Assembly (NCBI GenBank): GCA_025355565.1
Contig: JANXZK010000010.1
Coordinates: 6,543-70,542 of the forward strand
DNA from: a bacterium
Lineage (GTDB): Bacteria > Patescibacteriota > Minisyncoccia > Phycocordibacterales > PALSA-1337
DNA: 64,000 nt
Reading direction: 5' to 3'
The first letter of the stretch is position 1. Every line of letters starts with the position of its first letter. The position numbers were made by a program, and so were the translations under genes. A model generated the notes under the pieces. That model did no database searches and was not told the origin of the DNA. It saw only the letters and a program-made list of their open reading frames with translations. Positions 27,200 through 37,619 of the stretch are shown piece after piece.

Positions 27200-27421
27200 A
27201 TGAAAACTACACATTGTATCACTAGTGTTCTCGTCATTATTGGAGCTTTGAATTGGTTGCTAGTTGCATTCAATTGGAATCTCGTCGATGCTATCTTTGG
27301 TGCTGGGAGTACCATGTCGATGGTCATCTATATTCTCGTCGGTATATCTGGTATCTTCCTCATCATCACTCACAAGAAGAATTGCAAAGCTTGCGATAAA
27401 TCAGTCGGTCAAGCGATGTAA
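27200..27421 (+). CDS. DUF378 family membrane protein
   Basis: LVIIGALNWLLV...NLV..IFG......VIYILVG motif. Confidence 0.9.
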   Translation: MKTTHCITSVLVIIGALNWLLVAFNWNLVDAIFGAGSTMSMVIYILVGISGIFLIITHKKNCKACDKSVGQAM

Positions 27422-27630
27422 TACGAGAGTATCAGATCGATCGAAGCTATTTTAAGGCAGATCTCACCCGTTATAGGGTGATTTTTGCAAATCGAAGCGA
27501 AAGTTATCATGAGAGATCTAACAAAGTCTGATATGGTAGATTTATTGCATGTTTCTTGCTGGATCGAATTGGAGACAAAAAATTGTTGAATGTGTGAGTC
27601 TTTTAGTGTATTCTATTTGCACGGCCTAAA

Positions 27631-27703
27631 GGGCCCGTAGCTCATCAGGTAGAGCGCCGCTTTTGCAAAGCGGAGGCAAGCGGTTCGAGTCCGCTCGGGT
27701 CCA
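27631..27703 (+). tRNA. tRNA-Ala(TGC)
   Basis: G3:U70 pair; CCGCT-TTTGCAA-AGCGG; GGTTCGAGT. Confidence 0.94.
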
Positions 27704-27707
27704 CAAA

Positions 27708-28148
27708 TCAATCGATTTTTTCTTTTTGAGAATACTGAATAATAAATTCTTTAATTACAATAAGAACGAAATCTTTATCTTTTGCTTCGCTGGCGGCAAT
27801 TTTTCTCGCAAACTCGTATAGTGTAATATTGTCGACTTTCAGCTTTCGCCCATTCTGTGCCAAGAAATATATCAGGGTCACAATGGCTACACGCTTATTG
27901 CCATTCTGAAACGGATGATTCTTTATCATCAGGTAAAACAAGATCGAAGCCTTTGTCTCAAATGCTTGATAAAGACTTTTTCTATAAAAAGTCTGGAAAG
28001 GCGTGGAAAGACAACTCTCTAATTTATCTGGATAACGAGTATCGAATGGTGGTATTGGCTCACCATACTCCATCAATTCACGTGCGAGACGATGAGCCAC
28101 ATATTCAACTTCGACAACACTTATTTTCTTCAGAATTGGCCGCGCCAT
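27708..28148 (-). CDS. Doc/Fic family toxin
   Basis: KAS.LFY.MIKNHPFQNGNKR Doc-type motif. Confidence 0.88.
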   Translation of the reverse strand: MARPILKKISVVEVEYVAHRLARELMEYGEPIPPFDTRYPDKLESCLSTPFQTFYRKSLYQAFETKASILFYLMIKNHPFQNGNKRVAIVTLIYFLAQNGRKLKVDNITLYEFARKIAASEAKDKDFVLIVIKEFIIQYSQKEKID

Positions 28149-28150
28149 AA

Positions 28151-28414
28151 TTATTCATTGCCAAGTAGCTTTAAAGCTTGGCCATACTCCTTTACAGCTC
28201 TTTTTACAACTTCATCGATTTCAAATTTCTTTTCAGGTGAAATGAAAGTTCCGATTGCACTCATCACTTCTTCCATAGGAATAACATAGTTTCTTCCGAC
28301 CTTAAAAGCCTTGATCTTTCCAGATCGAATCTTCTTAAAAACTGCTATTCTGCTCACATGTAACAGTTTCGCTAATTCGGACGTAGACATGTATTTTGTT
28401 TGTTCTTTTTCCAT
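28151..28414 (-). CDS. Excisionase-type HTH protein with antitoxin-like C-terminus
   Basis: YMSTSELAKLLHVSR..VFKKIRSGKIKA.KVGRNYVI; C-terminal KEYGQALKLLG; 2 nt upstream of the doc gene. Confidence 0.8.
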   Translation of the reverse strand: MEKEQTKYMSTSELAKLLHVSRIAVFKKIRSGKIKAFKVGRNYVIPMEEVMSAIGTFISPEKKFEIDEVVKRAVKEYGQALKLLGNE

Positions 28415-28425
28415 AATATTATTTA

Positions 28426-28441
28426 GTTAACATATGTTAAC
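28426..28441. promoter_or_regulatory. Putative autoregulatory operator
   Basis: Perfect 16-bp palindrome GTTAACATATGTTAAC just upstream of the HTH start codon. Confidence 0.55.
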
Positions 28442-28701
28442 CTAATTTATATTGCTCTGCAAGCGGTGCAAATGCAAATATATGCGAAACTATCTGGTTC
28501 CAATTCCGCCCAACGAGGTCCACAAACTAGTTATCGGTCATTTCACTAGGATTCATTCTTACGGAATATTGTACGATAAAACTTCTTATTTTGCGGATAG
28601 TCTCACTATGGTCTATAATACGATACATGCTTTTAACATTTGAATGAAAGCACGCTATAATCTAGCATAGACATATTAATAAGAATCATAACTAATCTCA
28701 T

Positions 28702-29442
28702 ATGCAACAACAAAACAAGTCCGGTTTGATCGTCACCCTTATCATAATACTCATAGTAGCAGTGCTCGCTGTCGGCGGATATCTCGCGTTTGGTTCGAAG
28801 ATAGCGAGTCTAACAGCACTAAGTAATGCCACGACAACTTCCCCAGTAGTTTCTACCGTCGCAAACGTAGCGACAGTCAATGGTGTAGCTATCACAAAGG
28901 CAACCTATGACACAGCATTTACCAATGCTATCGCTTCATATCAAGCCCAAGGCATCCAGGCAACCAGTTCCGAAGATGTCGCCAAAGTTCGTACACAGGT
29001 TTTGAATAGCCTCATCGGCAATGAATTGCTAAGCCAGGCCATCACCGCTTCCAAAATGGTCGTTACTCCAGCAGAAGTCGAAAAAGAATATCAGGCTCTA
29101 GTCACACAGGCTGGCAGTGCTGAAGCTTTCAAAACAACTCTCACAAAGAACAACCTCACTGACGCGCAACTCAGGACCAATATCGAGAAGCAGCTATTGA
29201 CACAAAAATTCTTGCGCGCGAACATCGATGCGAAAGCAGCAACAGTTACGGATGCTGAGGTTGCGAAGTTCTATACTGACTATAGCGCATCACAGAAAGC
29301 CAGTGGTGTTAAGACTGTTCCAACACTCAAGACCTTGAGCGCTCAGATCAAACAGCAGTTAGCCGGAGACAAAGAACAGGCTCTCATAAGTAACTTCATC
29401 GAAACCCTTCGTTCCAAGGCAAACGTCGTCATCACGCCATAG
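28702..29442 (+). CDS. SurA N-terminal-domain chaperone-like protein
   Basis: TM anchor; VATVNG..IT, VLNSLI.NELL.Q and FIETLRSKANV motifs. Confidence 0.85.
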   Translation: MQQQNKSGLIVTLIIILIVAVLAVGGYLAFGSKIASLTALSNATTTSPVVSTVANVATVNGVAITKATYDTAFTNAIASYQAQGIQATSSEDVAKVRTQVLNSLIGNELLSQAITASKMVVTPAEVEKEYQALVTQAGSAEAFKTTLTKNNLTDAQLRTNIEKQLLTQKFLRANIDAKAATVTDAEVAKFYTDYSASQKASGVKTVPTLKTLSAQIKQQLAGDKEQALISNFIETLRSKANVVITP

Positions 29443-29495
29443 AGATCGATAGAAAATATCGAAATATTCAAGAGACAGATAGTTATGAGATATAA

Positions 29496-30482
29496 CTATC
29501 TGTTTTTTATGGCTAGCTCGATCACGTGTCCAACAAACTCATGAGTGTCACTACCAACAGCTCTCAGGGCTTTTGGTAATAGTGATCCTTCTGTAAGTCC
29601 AGGCAAGGTATTCGTCTCCAAGACGTATATTCCGCGGCGAGCATGGATGATAAAGTCAGAACGAGAAAAATGCCTTAGCCCCAAGGCATTGTGGATCTTT
29701 TTGGATAAATCCTCGATGGCAAGCTTGCATTTGTTGGTGAAAGTCGCGGGCACTACCTCCTCAGACTTTCCCAAGTATTTCGCATCATAGTCAAAAAAGG
29801 TGTTGGCTGGCCGGATCTCTATCGGTGGCAATGCGTATAGATCCTGGCCACGGAAACCTTCTACGACGGCACATGTCGCCTCGATGCCCGGAATATATTC
29901 CTCGATCATGACCGTACTGCCATGTTTGGCAGCTTCTCGGAGTGCCACGGCCAATTCATCATAATATTTTACAAAAGATACACCGACAGATGATCCACTG
30001 GAGGCAGGTTTGACTATTGCGGGCATGAGGAATGATTGGAACATCTCCTTGACGATCGTGTCGGCATCTTTCGACACGCGATCGGATGTGAACTCATGAA
30101 AATGTGGTGTCTTTAGTCCATGGTCATTCATGATCTTTTTTGAAAGGATCTTGTTCATGCCGATCGACGATCCGAGCGATCCTGAGCCAGTAAATGGTTT
30201 ACAGTGATGTTCGAGCAATGATTGGATCTTGCCATCTTCACCGTATGCGCCATGCAATGCATTGAATACGACATCCACAGAATGAATGGCTGTTTCGGGT
30301 ACTATCGGTATGCCGCCCATATACCAATTACCGGCCCTATCAATGAAGATATCTTTTGCTTCGTATCTGTTCTCGTGATATTTCTGTAGCGCATCTAGGA
30401 CGGCCGCTCCCGATCTGAGCGAGACTTCATATTCGTTGCTTGGTCCTCCGCGGAGAACACCGACGCGAGTGCGATGTGACAT
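29496..30482 (-). CDS. ddl: D-alanine--D-alanine ligase
   Basis: GG.SNEYEVSL.SG, LHG.YGEDG, SGSSVG, FDYDAKY and ETNTLPG motifs. Confidence 0.96.
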   Translation of the reverse strand: MSHRTRVGVLRGGPSNEYEVSLRSGAAVLDALQKYHENRYEAKDIFIDRAGNWYMGGIPIVPETAIHSVDVVFNALHGAYGEDGKIQSLLEHHCKPFTGSGSLGSSIGMNKILSKKIMNDHGLKTPHFHEFTSDRVSKDADTIVKEMFQSFLMPAIVKPASSGSSVGVSFVKYYDELAVALREAAKHGSTVMIEEYIPGIEATCAVVEGFRGQDLYALPPIEIRPANTFFDYDAKYLGKSEEVVPATFTNKCKLAIEDLSKKIHNALGLRHFSRSDFIIHARRGIYVLETNTLPGLTEGSLLPKALRAVGSDTHEFVGHVIELAIKNR

Positions 30483-30489
30483 GCAGATA

Positions 30490-31746
30490 TTATATCATCT
30501 TAGCCCTCCTCTTTCTATGAAAAGCTATGGTAAATCGATGAGCCTCGGCATTCAGCCTGATGATCGATTTCTTGTGTTTTGTGATGATCTGCGCTTCGCC
30601 AATGAGTCTGTCAGCCTTATGTTTCTCGTTCTTCGTTACGGCAATAACGGGTATTTCGAGTCTCCTTGATCTCAATACACTGAGAGCGACCTTCATCTGC
30701 GCCTCATTTCCATCTACAACGATCATGTCTGGATAATTCCATTCCGTGTGGTTCAGCCTGCGAAGCAGGATTTCTGCTAGTGCGGCCGTGTCGTTATTGG
30801 TTTGATTGGAGATCTTGAATTTGCGGTATTCTGCTCTAGCCATTTCATCATCTATCGATACAACCATAGCACCGACGACATTCGTTCCAGATAGATGCGC
30901 GACATCGTATGCTTCGATGCGAAATTCACTTTTTTCAATTTCTCCCACGCGTGAGCTGTTGCGCAACGAATTGGAATTCAGCTTGTCTTCTTTGACGAGT
31001 GCGATGTCATTTATATGATCGAGTGCGTACAGGAGGTGTTTCGATTCACCCGCTTCTTCGAACTTCATTTCTCTAGCTTGTTCAGTCATCGCTCGCTCGA
31101 TCTGTCGGCGTAGCTGCTTCTTCTCACCTTTGAAGAATAGAATGAGATGCTTGATGGTGCGAGTATATTTCTCTCTCGATTCGCTATATCCAACTTCCGG
31201 TGATCGCCCGATCGACTTGTAGAATCTATCATGCCTAGGGTCATAGGCTTTTCTGTCCTTGAATGGAAATAGCTTGCGCAGGATTCGCAGCGCTTCTTTG
31301 ATGAGCCCGCTGTACGGATATGGACCAAATAGCACCTTGGTGGAATATGGTAAAGTTCCGGCATATTGCATCTCCTCGAGATCCCGAGCACGCGCTAGGA
31401 AGACGCGCGGCCACTCCTCTTCTGTGATGACGACATATTGCGAACTCTTGTCATCTCTTTCATCTACATTGTAGTGTGGCTGGTACTTCTTTATCAGGTT
31501 GCTTTCTAGGATGATCGCTTCGAGTACGGAGTCAGTCTTTTGTACTGTTAAAGTTTTTGCGCGGGTGACCATATCGACCACGCGCCGTCCGCGAGTTTTG
31601 ATGAGGTCAGCCGAAAAATAACTCTTCACTCGATCTCGGAGAGAAGTCGCCCGACCGATGTATAAGGGTCTCTTTTTGTAATCCTTGAAGATATATATAC
31701 CTGGTTCCTCGGGCAATTTCAGGTTATGCACATATTGACGCTTCAT
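30490..31746 (-). CDS. uvrC: Excinuclease ABC subunit C (short form, no C-terminal HhH)
   Basis: GIY..YIG domain, UVR segment, RIEAYDVAHLSG, DG and EAHRF motifs. Confidence 0.9.
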   Translation of the reverse strand: MKRQYVHNLKLPEEPGIYIFKDYKKRPLYIGRATSLRDRVKSYFSADLIKTRGRRVVDMVTRAKTLTVQKTDSVLEAIILESNLIKKYQPHYNVDERDDKSSQYVVITEEEWPRVFLARARDLEEMQYAGTLPYSTKVLFGPYPYSGLIKEALRILRKLFPFKDRKAYDPRHDRFYKSIGRSPEVGYSESREKYTRTIKHLILFFKGEKKQLRRQIERAMTEQAREMKFEEAGESKHLLYALDHINDIALVKEDKLNSNSLRNSSRVGEIEKSEFRIEAYDVAHLSGTNVVGAMVVSIDDEMARAEYRKFKISNQTNNDTAALAEILLRRLNHTEWNYPDMIVVDGNEAQMKVALSVLRSRRLEIPVIAVTKNEKHKADRLIGEAQIITKHKKSIIRLNAEAHRFTIAFHRKRRAKMI

Positions 31747-31764
31747 GGAGTTGAGATTATCGTC

Positions 31765-34449
31765 TTATCTCGTTTTCTTTAACGTCTCTTTCAGATATCC
31801 TCCCGTATAGCTCTTGCTATTTGCCGCAATATCTTCAGGAGTTCCTTTTGCTACGATTTTTCCTCCTCTCTCGCCTCCTTCTGGACCTATATCGACGATG
31901 TAGTCAGCATTCTTGATGAGGTCAAGATTGTGCTCTATGACGACGACGGTGTTACCCTTGTCGACTAGCGCCTGTAATATGTCGATGAGTTTGGCGACGT
32001 CCTCATAATGTAGTCCGACAGTTGGCTCGTCTAGGAGATATATCGTCTTTTGCATATGCGCTCTGTAAAGTTCGGACGAGATCTTTACACGCTGAGCTTC
32101 TCCACCCGATAAAGTAGTAGCTGATTGGCCCAATTTTACATACCCTAAACCAACCTCGTTCAATGTCGCCAGTCTATCCTCAACTGCTGGGATATCTTTG
32201 AAGAATTCAAGGCCTTCTTCTATCGTCAGTTCGAGTATCTCGTATATGTTCTTGCCGCGATACTTCACGTCCAATGTTTCCTTCATAAATCTCTTGCCAT
32301 TACATATATCGCAGGTGACGTAAACAGTTGGCAGGAAGTGCATCTCAACAGCGATCTCGCCATTTCCTTCGCAATTCTCACATCTGCCGCCTGGGCGATT
32401 GAATGAAAAACGGCCAGCTCCCCACCCGCGGGCTCGCGCCTCTGGTTCGGCCGCGAATAGGTCACGGATGTGTGTCCACGCGCCTGTGTATGTGACTGGA
32501 TTGGATCTCGGTGTACGACCTATAGGCGACTGGTCGATCAGGATGACCCGACCGACATATTCTGAGCCCGCGAATGTATTGCAATTCAATGTTTCCGCGC
32601 TCCTGTGTCGCATTTCAAATCTCGCTGCCAGATTCTTGTAGAGGATCTCATACATGAGTGACGATTTCCCTGATCCGGAAACGCCTGTGATGACGTTCAA
32701 ACATCCGAGTGGTATATCTACGTTCATGTCGTGTATGTTAAATATATGACCGCCGCGGATCATGATCTTACCTTTCGGTTGGCGTCGAGTTGCCGGCATG
32801 GGGATATTCTTCTCGCCGCGCAGGTATGCCAGTGTCAACGAGTTTGATGTATTCTTCTTTGCTGTCAGCAATTCGTCCAAATATCCGGTTACGACAACTT
32901 TCCCGCCATGGATACCGGCGCCTGGACCGATGTCGATGATGTAGTCAGAGGCGTACATTGTATCCTCATCGTGTTCAACAACTATAATGGTGTTGCCGAT
33001 GTCGCGCAGGTGTAGCAGTGTTTTTATCAATTTGTCATTGTCGCGCTGATGCAAACCGATGGTCGGTTCATCGAGTACGTACAATGCGCCGACGAGCCCT
33101 GATCCTAGTTGTGAGGCCAGGCGGATGCGCTGTGCTTCGCCACCCGATAGTGTATGCGCACGACGATCGAGTGTCAGATATTCGATGCCAACGTTTACCA
33201 TGAATGATAGTCTGGCTTGGATCTCCCTGAGGACTACCCTGGCAATCTCTTTTTCTACATCCGTCAGTTTGATATCCTCAAAATATGGCACAGCTTTCTC
33301 GATCGACATATTGACGATATCGACGATGTTCTTGCCGTCGATCTTCACGTTCAATGCTTCTTCACGCAGGCGGTCGCCTTTACAGACCTGACATGGCGCA
33401 TCGCTCCAAATACTTTCTGTTCCCAGTCCATTACATGTAGCGCAGGCGCCGTACGGCGAGTTGAATGAAAAGAGTCTCGGCTCGATCTCTGGATATGAGA
33501 AGCCGTCGTATGGGCACATGAATCTGACGGACATTAGGGTTTCCTCGTCCCCGGGGTATTCGATACGAATCAGTCCTTCTGCTTCATTCACAGCGCGTTC
33601 TAGGGCTTCTGACAGGCGCTCGCGAGCATTGTCTCCGGCTTTGGTATCTGTTTCTGTGTTGCCTGCCTTTGCTTTTAAAGCTCGAAATTCACTGACGAAT
33701 ATCTCGTCGACCAGTACGTCTATGTCATGCTTTTTGGTCTTTTCTAGGACGATCTGATCACGAAGTTTGTGGATCTTGCCATCGATACGTACGCGCTCAT
33801 ATCCTTTGCTAAGCATGTCGTAGAGCATCTGGTAATATTCCCCTTTCCTGCCGACCACAACTGGCGCGTATATGCGGATCTTTGCGTCTGTGATGTTCAC
33901 CCCGAAAACTGTTTTTGCTTTCGTCGTTCTTGCCGTTATCGTTTTGATGACTGTCTCCATGATCTCTTCCTTGGAGACGCGACTGATGATGCGGCCACAG
34001 ACTAGACAGTGCGGTTTGCCTACGCGAGCGAACAGGATACGCAGGTAGTCATAGATCTCTGTAATCGTCGCAACTGTTGAACGCGGATTGTTGGAGCGCG
34101 ATTTCTGGTCAATGGAGATGGCCGGAGAAAGTCCGGTGATTTCGTCGACGTCGGGTTTCTGCATTTTGTGCAGGAACTGACGAGCGTATGCAGACAATGA
34201 TTCCACATACCTACGCTGGCCTTCTGCGAAGATGGTATCGAATGCCAATGATGATTTCCCTGAGCCAGATAGACCGGTTATGGCGATCATCGAGTTTCTC
34301 GGCATCTCCACAGTGATGTTTCGCAGGTTGTGCGTACGAGCGCCTTTTACGACGATCATTTCCTCGCCTTTAATGGTGGGTCGGAGCGAGCGTGAAGTAT
34401 TTATCGGAGTTGATGGATTCGTCGATTTCTTGTTGATTTTTGGTGACAT
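31765..34449 (-). CDS. uvrA: Excinuclease ABC subunit A
   Basis: GLSGSGKSSLAFDT, two LSGGEAQR motifs and Zn fingers. Confidence 0.97.
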   Translation of the reverse strand: MSPKINKKSTNPSTPINTSRSLRPTIKGEEMIVVKGARTHNLRNITVEMPRNSMIAITGLSGSGKSSLAFDTIFAEGQRRYVESLSAYARQFLHKMQKPDVDEITGLSPAISIDQKSRSNNPRSTVATITEIYDYLRILFARVGKPHCLVCGRIISRVSKEEIMETVIKTITARTTKAKTVFGVNITDAKIRIYAPVVVGRKGEYYQMLYDMLSKGYERVRIDGKIHKLRDQIVLEKTKKHDIDVLVDEIFVSEFRALKAKAGNTETDTKAGDNARERLSEALERAVNEAEGLIRIEYPGDEETLMSVRFMCPYDGFSYPEIEPRLFSFNSPYGACATCNGLGTESIWSDAPCQVCKGDRLREEALNVKIDGKNIVDIVNMSIEKAVPYFEDIKLTDVEKEIARVVLREIQARLSFMVNVGIEYLTLDRRAHTLSGGEAQRIRLASQLGSGLVGALYVLDEPTIGLHQRDNDKLIKTLLHLRDIGNTIIVVEHDEDTMYASDYIIDIGPGAGIHGGKVVVTGYLDELLTAKKNTSNSLTLAYLRGEKNIPMPATRRQPKGKIMIRGGHIFNIHDMNVDIPLGCLNVITGVSGSGKSSLMYEILYKNLAARFEMRHRSAETLNCNTFAGSEYVGRVILIDQSPIGRTPRSNPVTYTGAWTHIRDLFAAEPEARARGWGAGRFSFNRPGGRCENCEGNGEIAVEMHFLPTVYVTCDICNGKRFMKETLDVKYRGKNIYEILELTIEEGLEFFKDIPAVEDRLATLNEVGLGYVKLGQSATTLSGGEAQRVKISSELYRAHMQKTIYLLDEPTVGLHYEDVAKLIDILQALVDKGNTVVVIEHNLDLIKNADYIVDIGPEGGERGGKIVAKGTPEDIAANSKSYTGGYLKETLKKTR

Positions 34450-34490
34450 AAGTGGGCGGAGCATATCACAAAAATCAGATATTTGCAAAC

Positions 34491-35378
34491 TCAGTTACAC
34501 ATTTGCATTATCTCACTCGCGATATCATTCAATGATGTCCCTGCTTTGACTAGGAATTTCTTGGCACCGAGCATTTTTGCTTTGTTTCTGTCGCTATCTT
34601 TGTCCATGTTGGATAGAATCATCACAGGGATATTTTTATATGCCGGATTCATGTCGATCTTTTGTAATATATCCAAACCGCCCATTCCAGGAAGCAAGAT
34701 GTCAAGAATGATGGCATTCGGCGTAAACGTCTCCAGTGCTTTTAGGGCGGCATCTCCATTCGTCACATGGTGAAGATCAAAGCCCGCTGATATTAGCTTC
34801 TTACCGAGAATGTTGGTTATGAGCTTGTCATCTTCGACCCAAAGCAGTTTTTTCTTTGTGTCACCTTTGCCAGACGATTTTCTCGATTCTCTAGATGATT
34901 GGATGGTAGATGAAGTTGTCTTTGAAATAGTCGATGGTACAGTTGATCGCATTTGTGAATTTACGATGTCACCCGTTTGCGGCCCGGTCAAGTGTCTTTC
35001 CACTTTCGTGACGAGCTCATCGGCGTCTGCTTTGAATAATATGACGAATTCTGCCACACTGCCTTGTGGTATCTTACGCATGTCGATCGGCATACCCTGA
35101 GTCGATATTAGGAACACAGGGATCTTTTTTAGTAGAGGCTCGGCATTCTTCTTCTCTAGAATTTGATAACTATCTGCGTCAGGTAATACGGCGTTCAAGA
35201 TGACCAGTCGAGGCAATTTGTCATAGATCATCTTCATTGCTTCTATACCGTTCTTTACGAGGATAGCCTCGAAGCCGTCTTGGTTAAGCTTGTCAGCGAT
35301 CTGTTGACCGAAGACTACATGCCCCTCGATGATGAGGATCTTCTCTTTTTTTAAAGGCTTAGCGTCTGTTTCTACCAT
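34491..35378 (-). CDS. Response regulator with two receiver domains and no output domain
   Basis: REC1 is degenerate (IIEGH, ILNAVLP); REC2 is canonical (VEDD, ILDILLPG, ILSN, K); Ser/Thr linker between them. Confidence 0.85.
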   Translation of the reverse strand: MVETDAKPLKKEKILIIEGHVVFGQQIADKLNQDGFEAILVKNGIEAMKMIYDKLPRLVILNAVLPDADSYQILEKKNAEPLLKKIPVFLISTQGMPIDMRKIPQGSVAEFVILFKADADELVTKVERHLTGPQTGDIVNSQMRSTVPSTISKTTSSTIQSSRESRKSSGKGDTKKKLLWVEDDKLITNILGKKLISAGFDLHHVTNGDAALKALETFTPNAIILDILLPGMGGLDILQKIDMNPAYKNIPVMILSNMDKDSDRNKAKMLGAKKFLVKAGTSLNDIASEIMQMCN

Positions 35379-35489
35379 AGGCAAAATTATACCATTATCT
35401 CTAACGGTATAATTTAGTAGGTGTTGATAACGATCAATTGGAACTCACCTTCTGCTGCAACTATCTTGGCTCGACACCCGCGTTTCGCT

Positions 35490-37574
35490 TCAGCTTCTTT
35501 TTAAAAATTTCTCCTGCAATTTGAATAATTCATCGCGAATGAGGGCAGCCGTCTCGAAATCGAGGGCTTTTACAGCATCGGCCATTTGTTCCTCCTTCAT
35601 CTCCATCAACCGTTTGGGGTCAGTCCTTGCTAGAGTCTCATCGATCTTGACCATCTCATTTACTGCCTTTTCATGGTCAGTGCGGAGTTGGTCGGTGATG
35701 TCATGGATCTTCTTTATTATAGTCTGAGGAGTGATACCATGTTTCGTATTGTAAGCAACTTGGATGGCACGGCGACGATCCGTCTCCTTGATGGCACGAT
35801 CGATAGAACCGGTGATGTTATCGGCGTAGAGGATAACCCTACCAGCGGCATTGCGCGCGGCACGGCCGATCGTTTGTATGAGCGCTGTTTCCGAGCGCAG
35901 GAAGCCTTCTTTGTCAGCGTCGAGTATCCCGATGAGTGAGACCTCAGGCAGATCCAGACCTTCGCGTAACAGATTGACCCCGACCAAAATGTCATACTTC
36001 CCTTTGCGGAAGTCAGTCAGGATGTTGATGCGTTCGATGGTCTTCACGTCGCTGTGGAGATAATTGGCTTTGATCTTCTTTTCTTTTAAATACTCCGTCA
36101 GATCCTCCGCCATTTTCTTTGTGAGAGTAGTCGCCAGTACGCGGTCGCCCTTCTTGATCGTTTTTTCAGCTTCTTCAATAAAATCAAAGATTTGACCTTT
36201 ATAATTAGCGGTCATTGGATGCGACGTATTTGTATTTTCCTGAATCGGCCTAATTTCCACTTCGGGATCAATGAGCCCCGTCGGCCTGATGACCTGTTCC
36301 ACAACTTTCTCGGCAGTTTCTGCCTCATACTTGCCTGGTGTAGCCGAAGTGTAGATCATTGGACCTATGCGCTCGAGGAATTCAGCGAACTTGAGTGGCC
36401 TATTATCCTTCGCTGATGGTAAACGGAATCCGTGTTCGACGAGAGTATCTTTGCGTGATGCATCGCCGGCATACATTCCGTTCAGTTGCGGAATAGTTAC
36501 GTGTGACTCGTCGACGATCGTCAAGAAATCAGGAATGATGGCTTTGCTCCCTGCTCGCAATTCTGCTGTGGTTGCCTGTCGATGCGGAAAATACGCGAGC
36601 AATGAATCAGGTGGTTCACCGGGCATCTTACCTGAGAAATGTCTAGAGTAATTTTCAATACCGTTCGTATATCCGATCTCGCGGATCATCGCCAGATCGT
36701 ACCTCACTCGCCTTTTCAAGCGTTCAGCTTCTAGTAATTTCCCGGACTTTTCCAGAGCCTTGAGTCGTGCTTCTAGTTCAGCTTTGATCGTGGTAATAGC
36801 ATTCTTGCTTTGTTCATCACTGGAAATAAAATGCTTTGCCGGGAATATGAATATATCTTTATGTACGGCACGCACTGAACGTGAGACCGGGTCCAGTTCA
36901 GTGATATTGGAAATAGCCGGTCCATCGTACTCCATTCTAAATATCGTCTTTTCATTGACTGGCATGATCTCTATGGTATTCCCTACTGCCCTAAAATTGC
37001 CTGATTTCAAGTCGGCGTTGGTGCGTACGAAATGGATATTGATGAGTTTTCGTATGAGTTCGGCTCGCGATATCTCCATACCGATCGAAAGTTTCAAGTT
37101 TACCTTTACATATTCGTCCGGACTACCCAAACCGTAGATGCAGGATACTGAAGCAACGATGATGACATCCTTACGAGTGAGTAGTGCCTGTGTTGATGCG
37201 TGTCGCAATCGTTCGATCTCCTCGTTGATCATCGCCTCCTTTTCTATGTATGTATCACTAGATGGGATGTATGCTTCGGGTTGATAGTAATCGTAATATG
37301 AGACGAAATAGTGAACTGCGTTATTTGGAAAGAATTCTCGATATTCCTGTGCCAGTTGCGCGGCCAGTGTTTTGTTGTGAGCGATAACTAGAGTCGGTTT
37401 GCCGTAATCGGCGATGATATTGGCAACAGTAAATGTCTTTCCAGAACCAGTGACTCCGAGCAGTGTTTGACGATTTAGACCATGTTTTAGGCCGTCTATA
37501 AGGCCAGAAATAGCCATCGGTTGATCTCCAGCTGGTTTGTATGGGGTCGCTAATTTGAATGGTGATTTTGACAC
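35490..37574 (-). CDS. uvrB: Excinuclease ABC subunit B
   Basis: GDQP, GVTGSGKT, YYDYYQPEAY, DESH and QTIGRAARN motifs. Confidence 0.98.
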   Translation of the reverse strand: MSKSPFKLATPYKPAGDQPMAISGLIDGLKHGLNRQTLLGVTGSGKTFTVANIIADYGKPTLVIAHNKTLAAQLAQEYREFFPNNAVHYFVSYYDYYQPEAYIPSSDTYIEKEAMINEEIERLRHASTQALLTRKDVIIVASVSCIYGLGSPDEYVKVNLKLSIGMEISRAELIRKLINIHFVRTNADLKSGNFRAVGNTIEIMPVNEKTIFRMEYDGPAISNITELDPVSRSVRAVHKDIFIFPAKHFISSDEQSKNAITTIKAELEARLKALEKSGKLLEAERLKRRVRYDLAMIREIGYTNGIENYSRHFSGKMPGEPPDSLLAYFPHRQATTAELRAGSKAIIPDFLTIVDESHVTIPQLNGMYAGDASRKDTLVEHGFRLPSAKDNRPLKFAEFLERIGPMIYTSATPGKYEAETAEKVVEQVIRPTGLIDPEVEIRPIQENTNTSHPMTANYKGQIFDFIEEAEKTIKKGDRVLATTLTKKMAEDLTEYLKEKKIKANYLHSDVKTIERINILTDFRKGKYDILVGVNLLREGLDLPEVSLIGILDADKEGFLRSETALIQTIGRAARNAAGRVILYADNITGSIDRAIKETDRRRAIQVAYNTKHGITPQTIIKKIHDITDQLRTDHEKAVNEMVKIDETLARTDPKRLMEMKEEQMADAVKALDFETAALIRDELFKLQEKFLKRS

Positions 37575-37619
37575 AGATTTGGTTTTATCGTCGTCCTCGG
37601 GCTCTAATATACCCTCTTG

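Noticed and set aside
26870-27214. ORFs with repeated peptides (114 aa and 68 aa)
   Set aside because: They are translations of the 54-bp DNA repeat and overlap tRNA-Ala(CGC).
28452-28643. 63-aa ORF with CxxCxC
   Set aside because: TTG start within the HTH promoter region and no family features.
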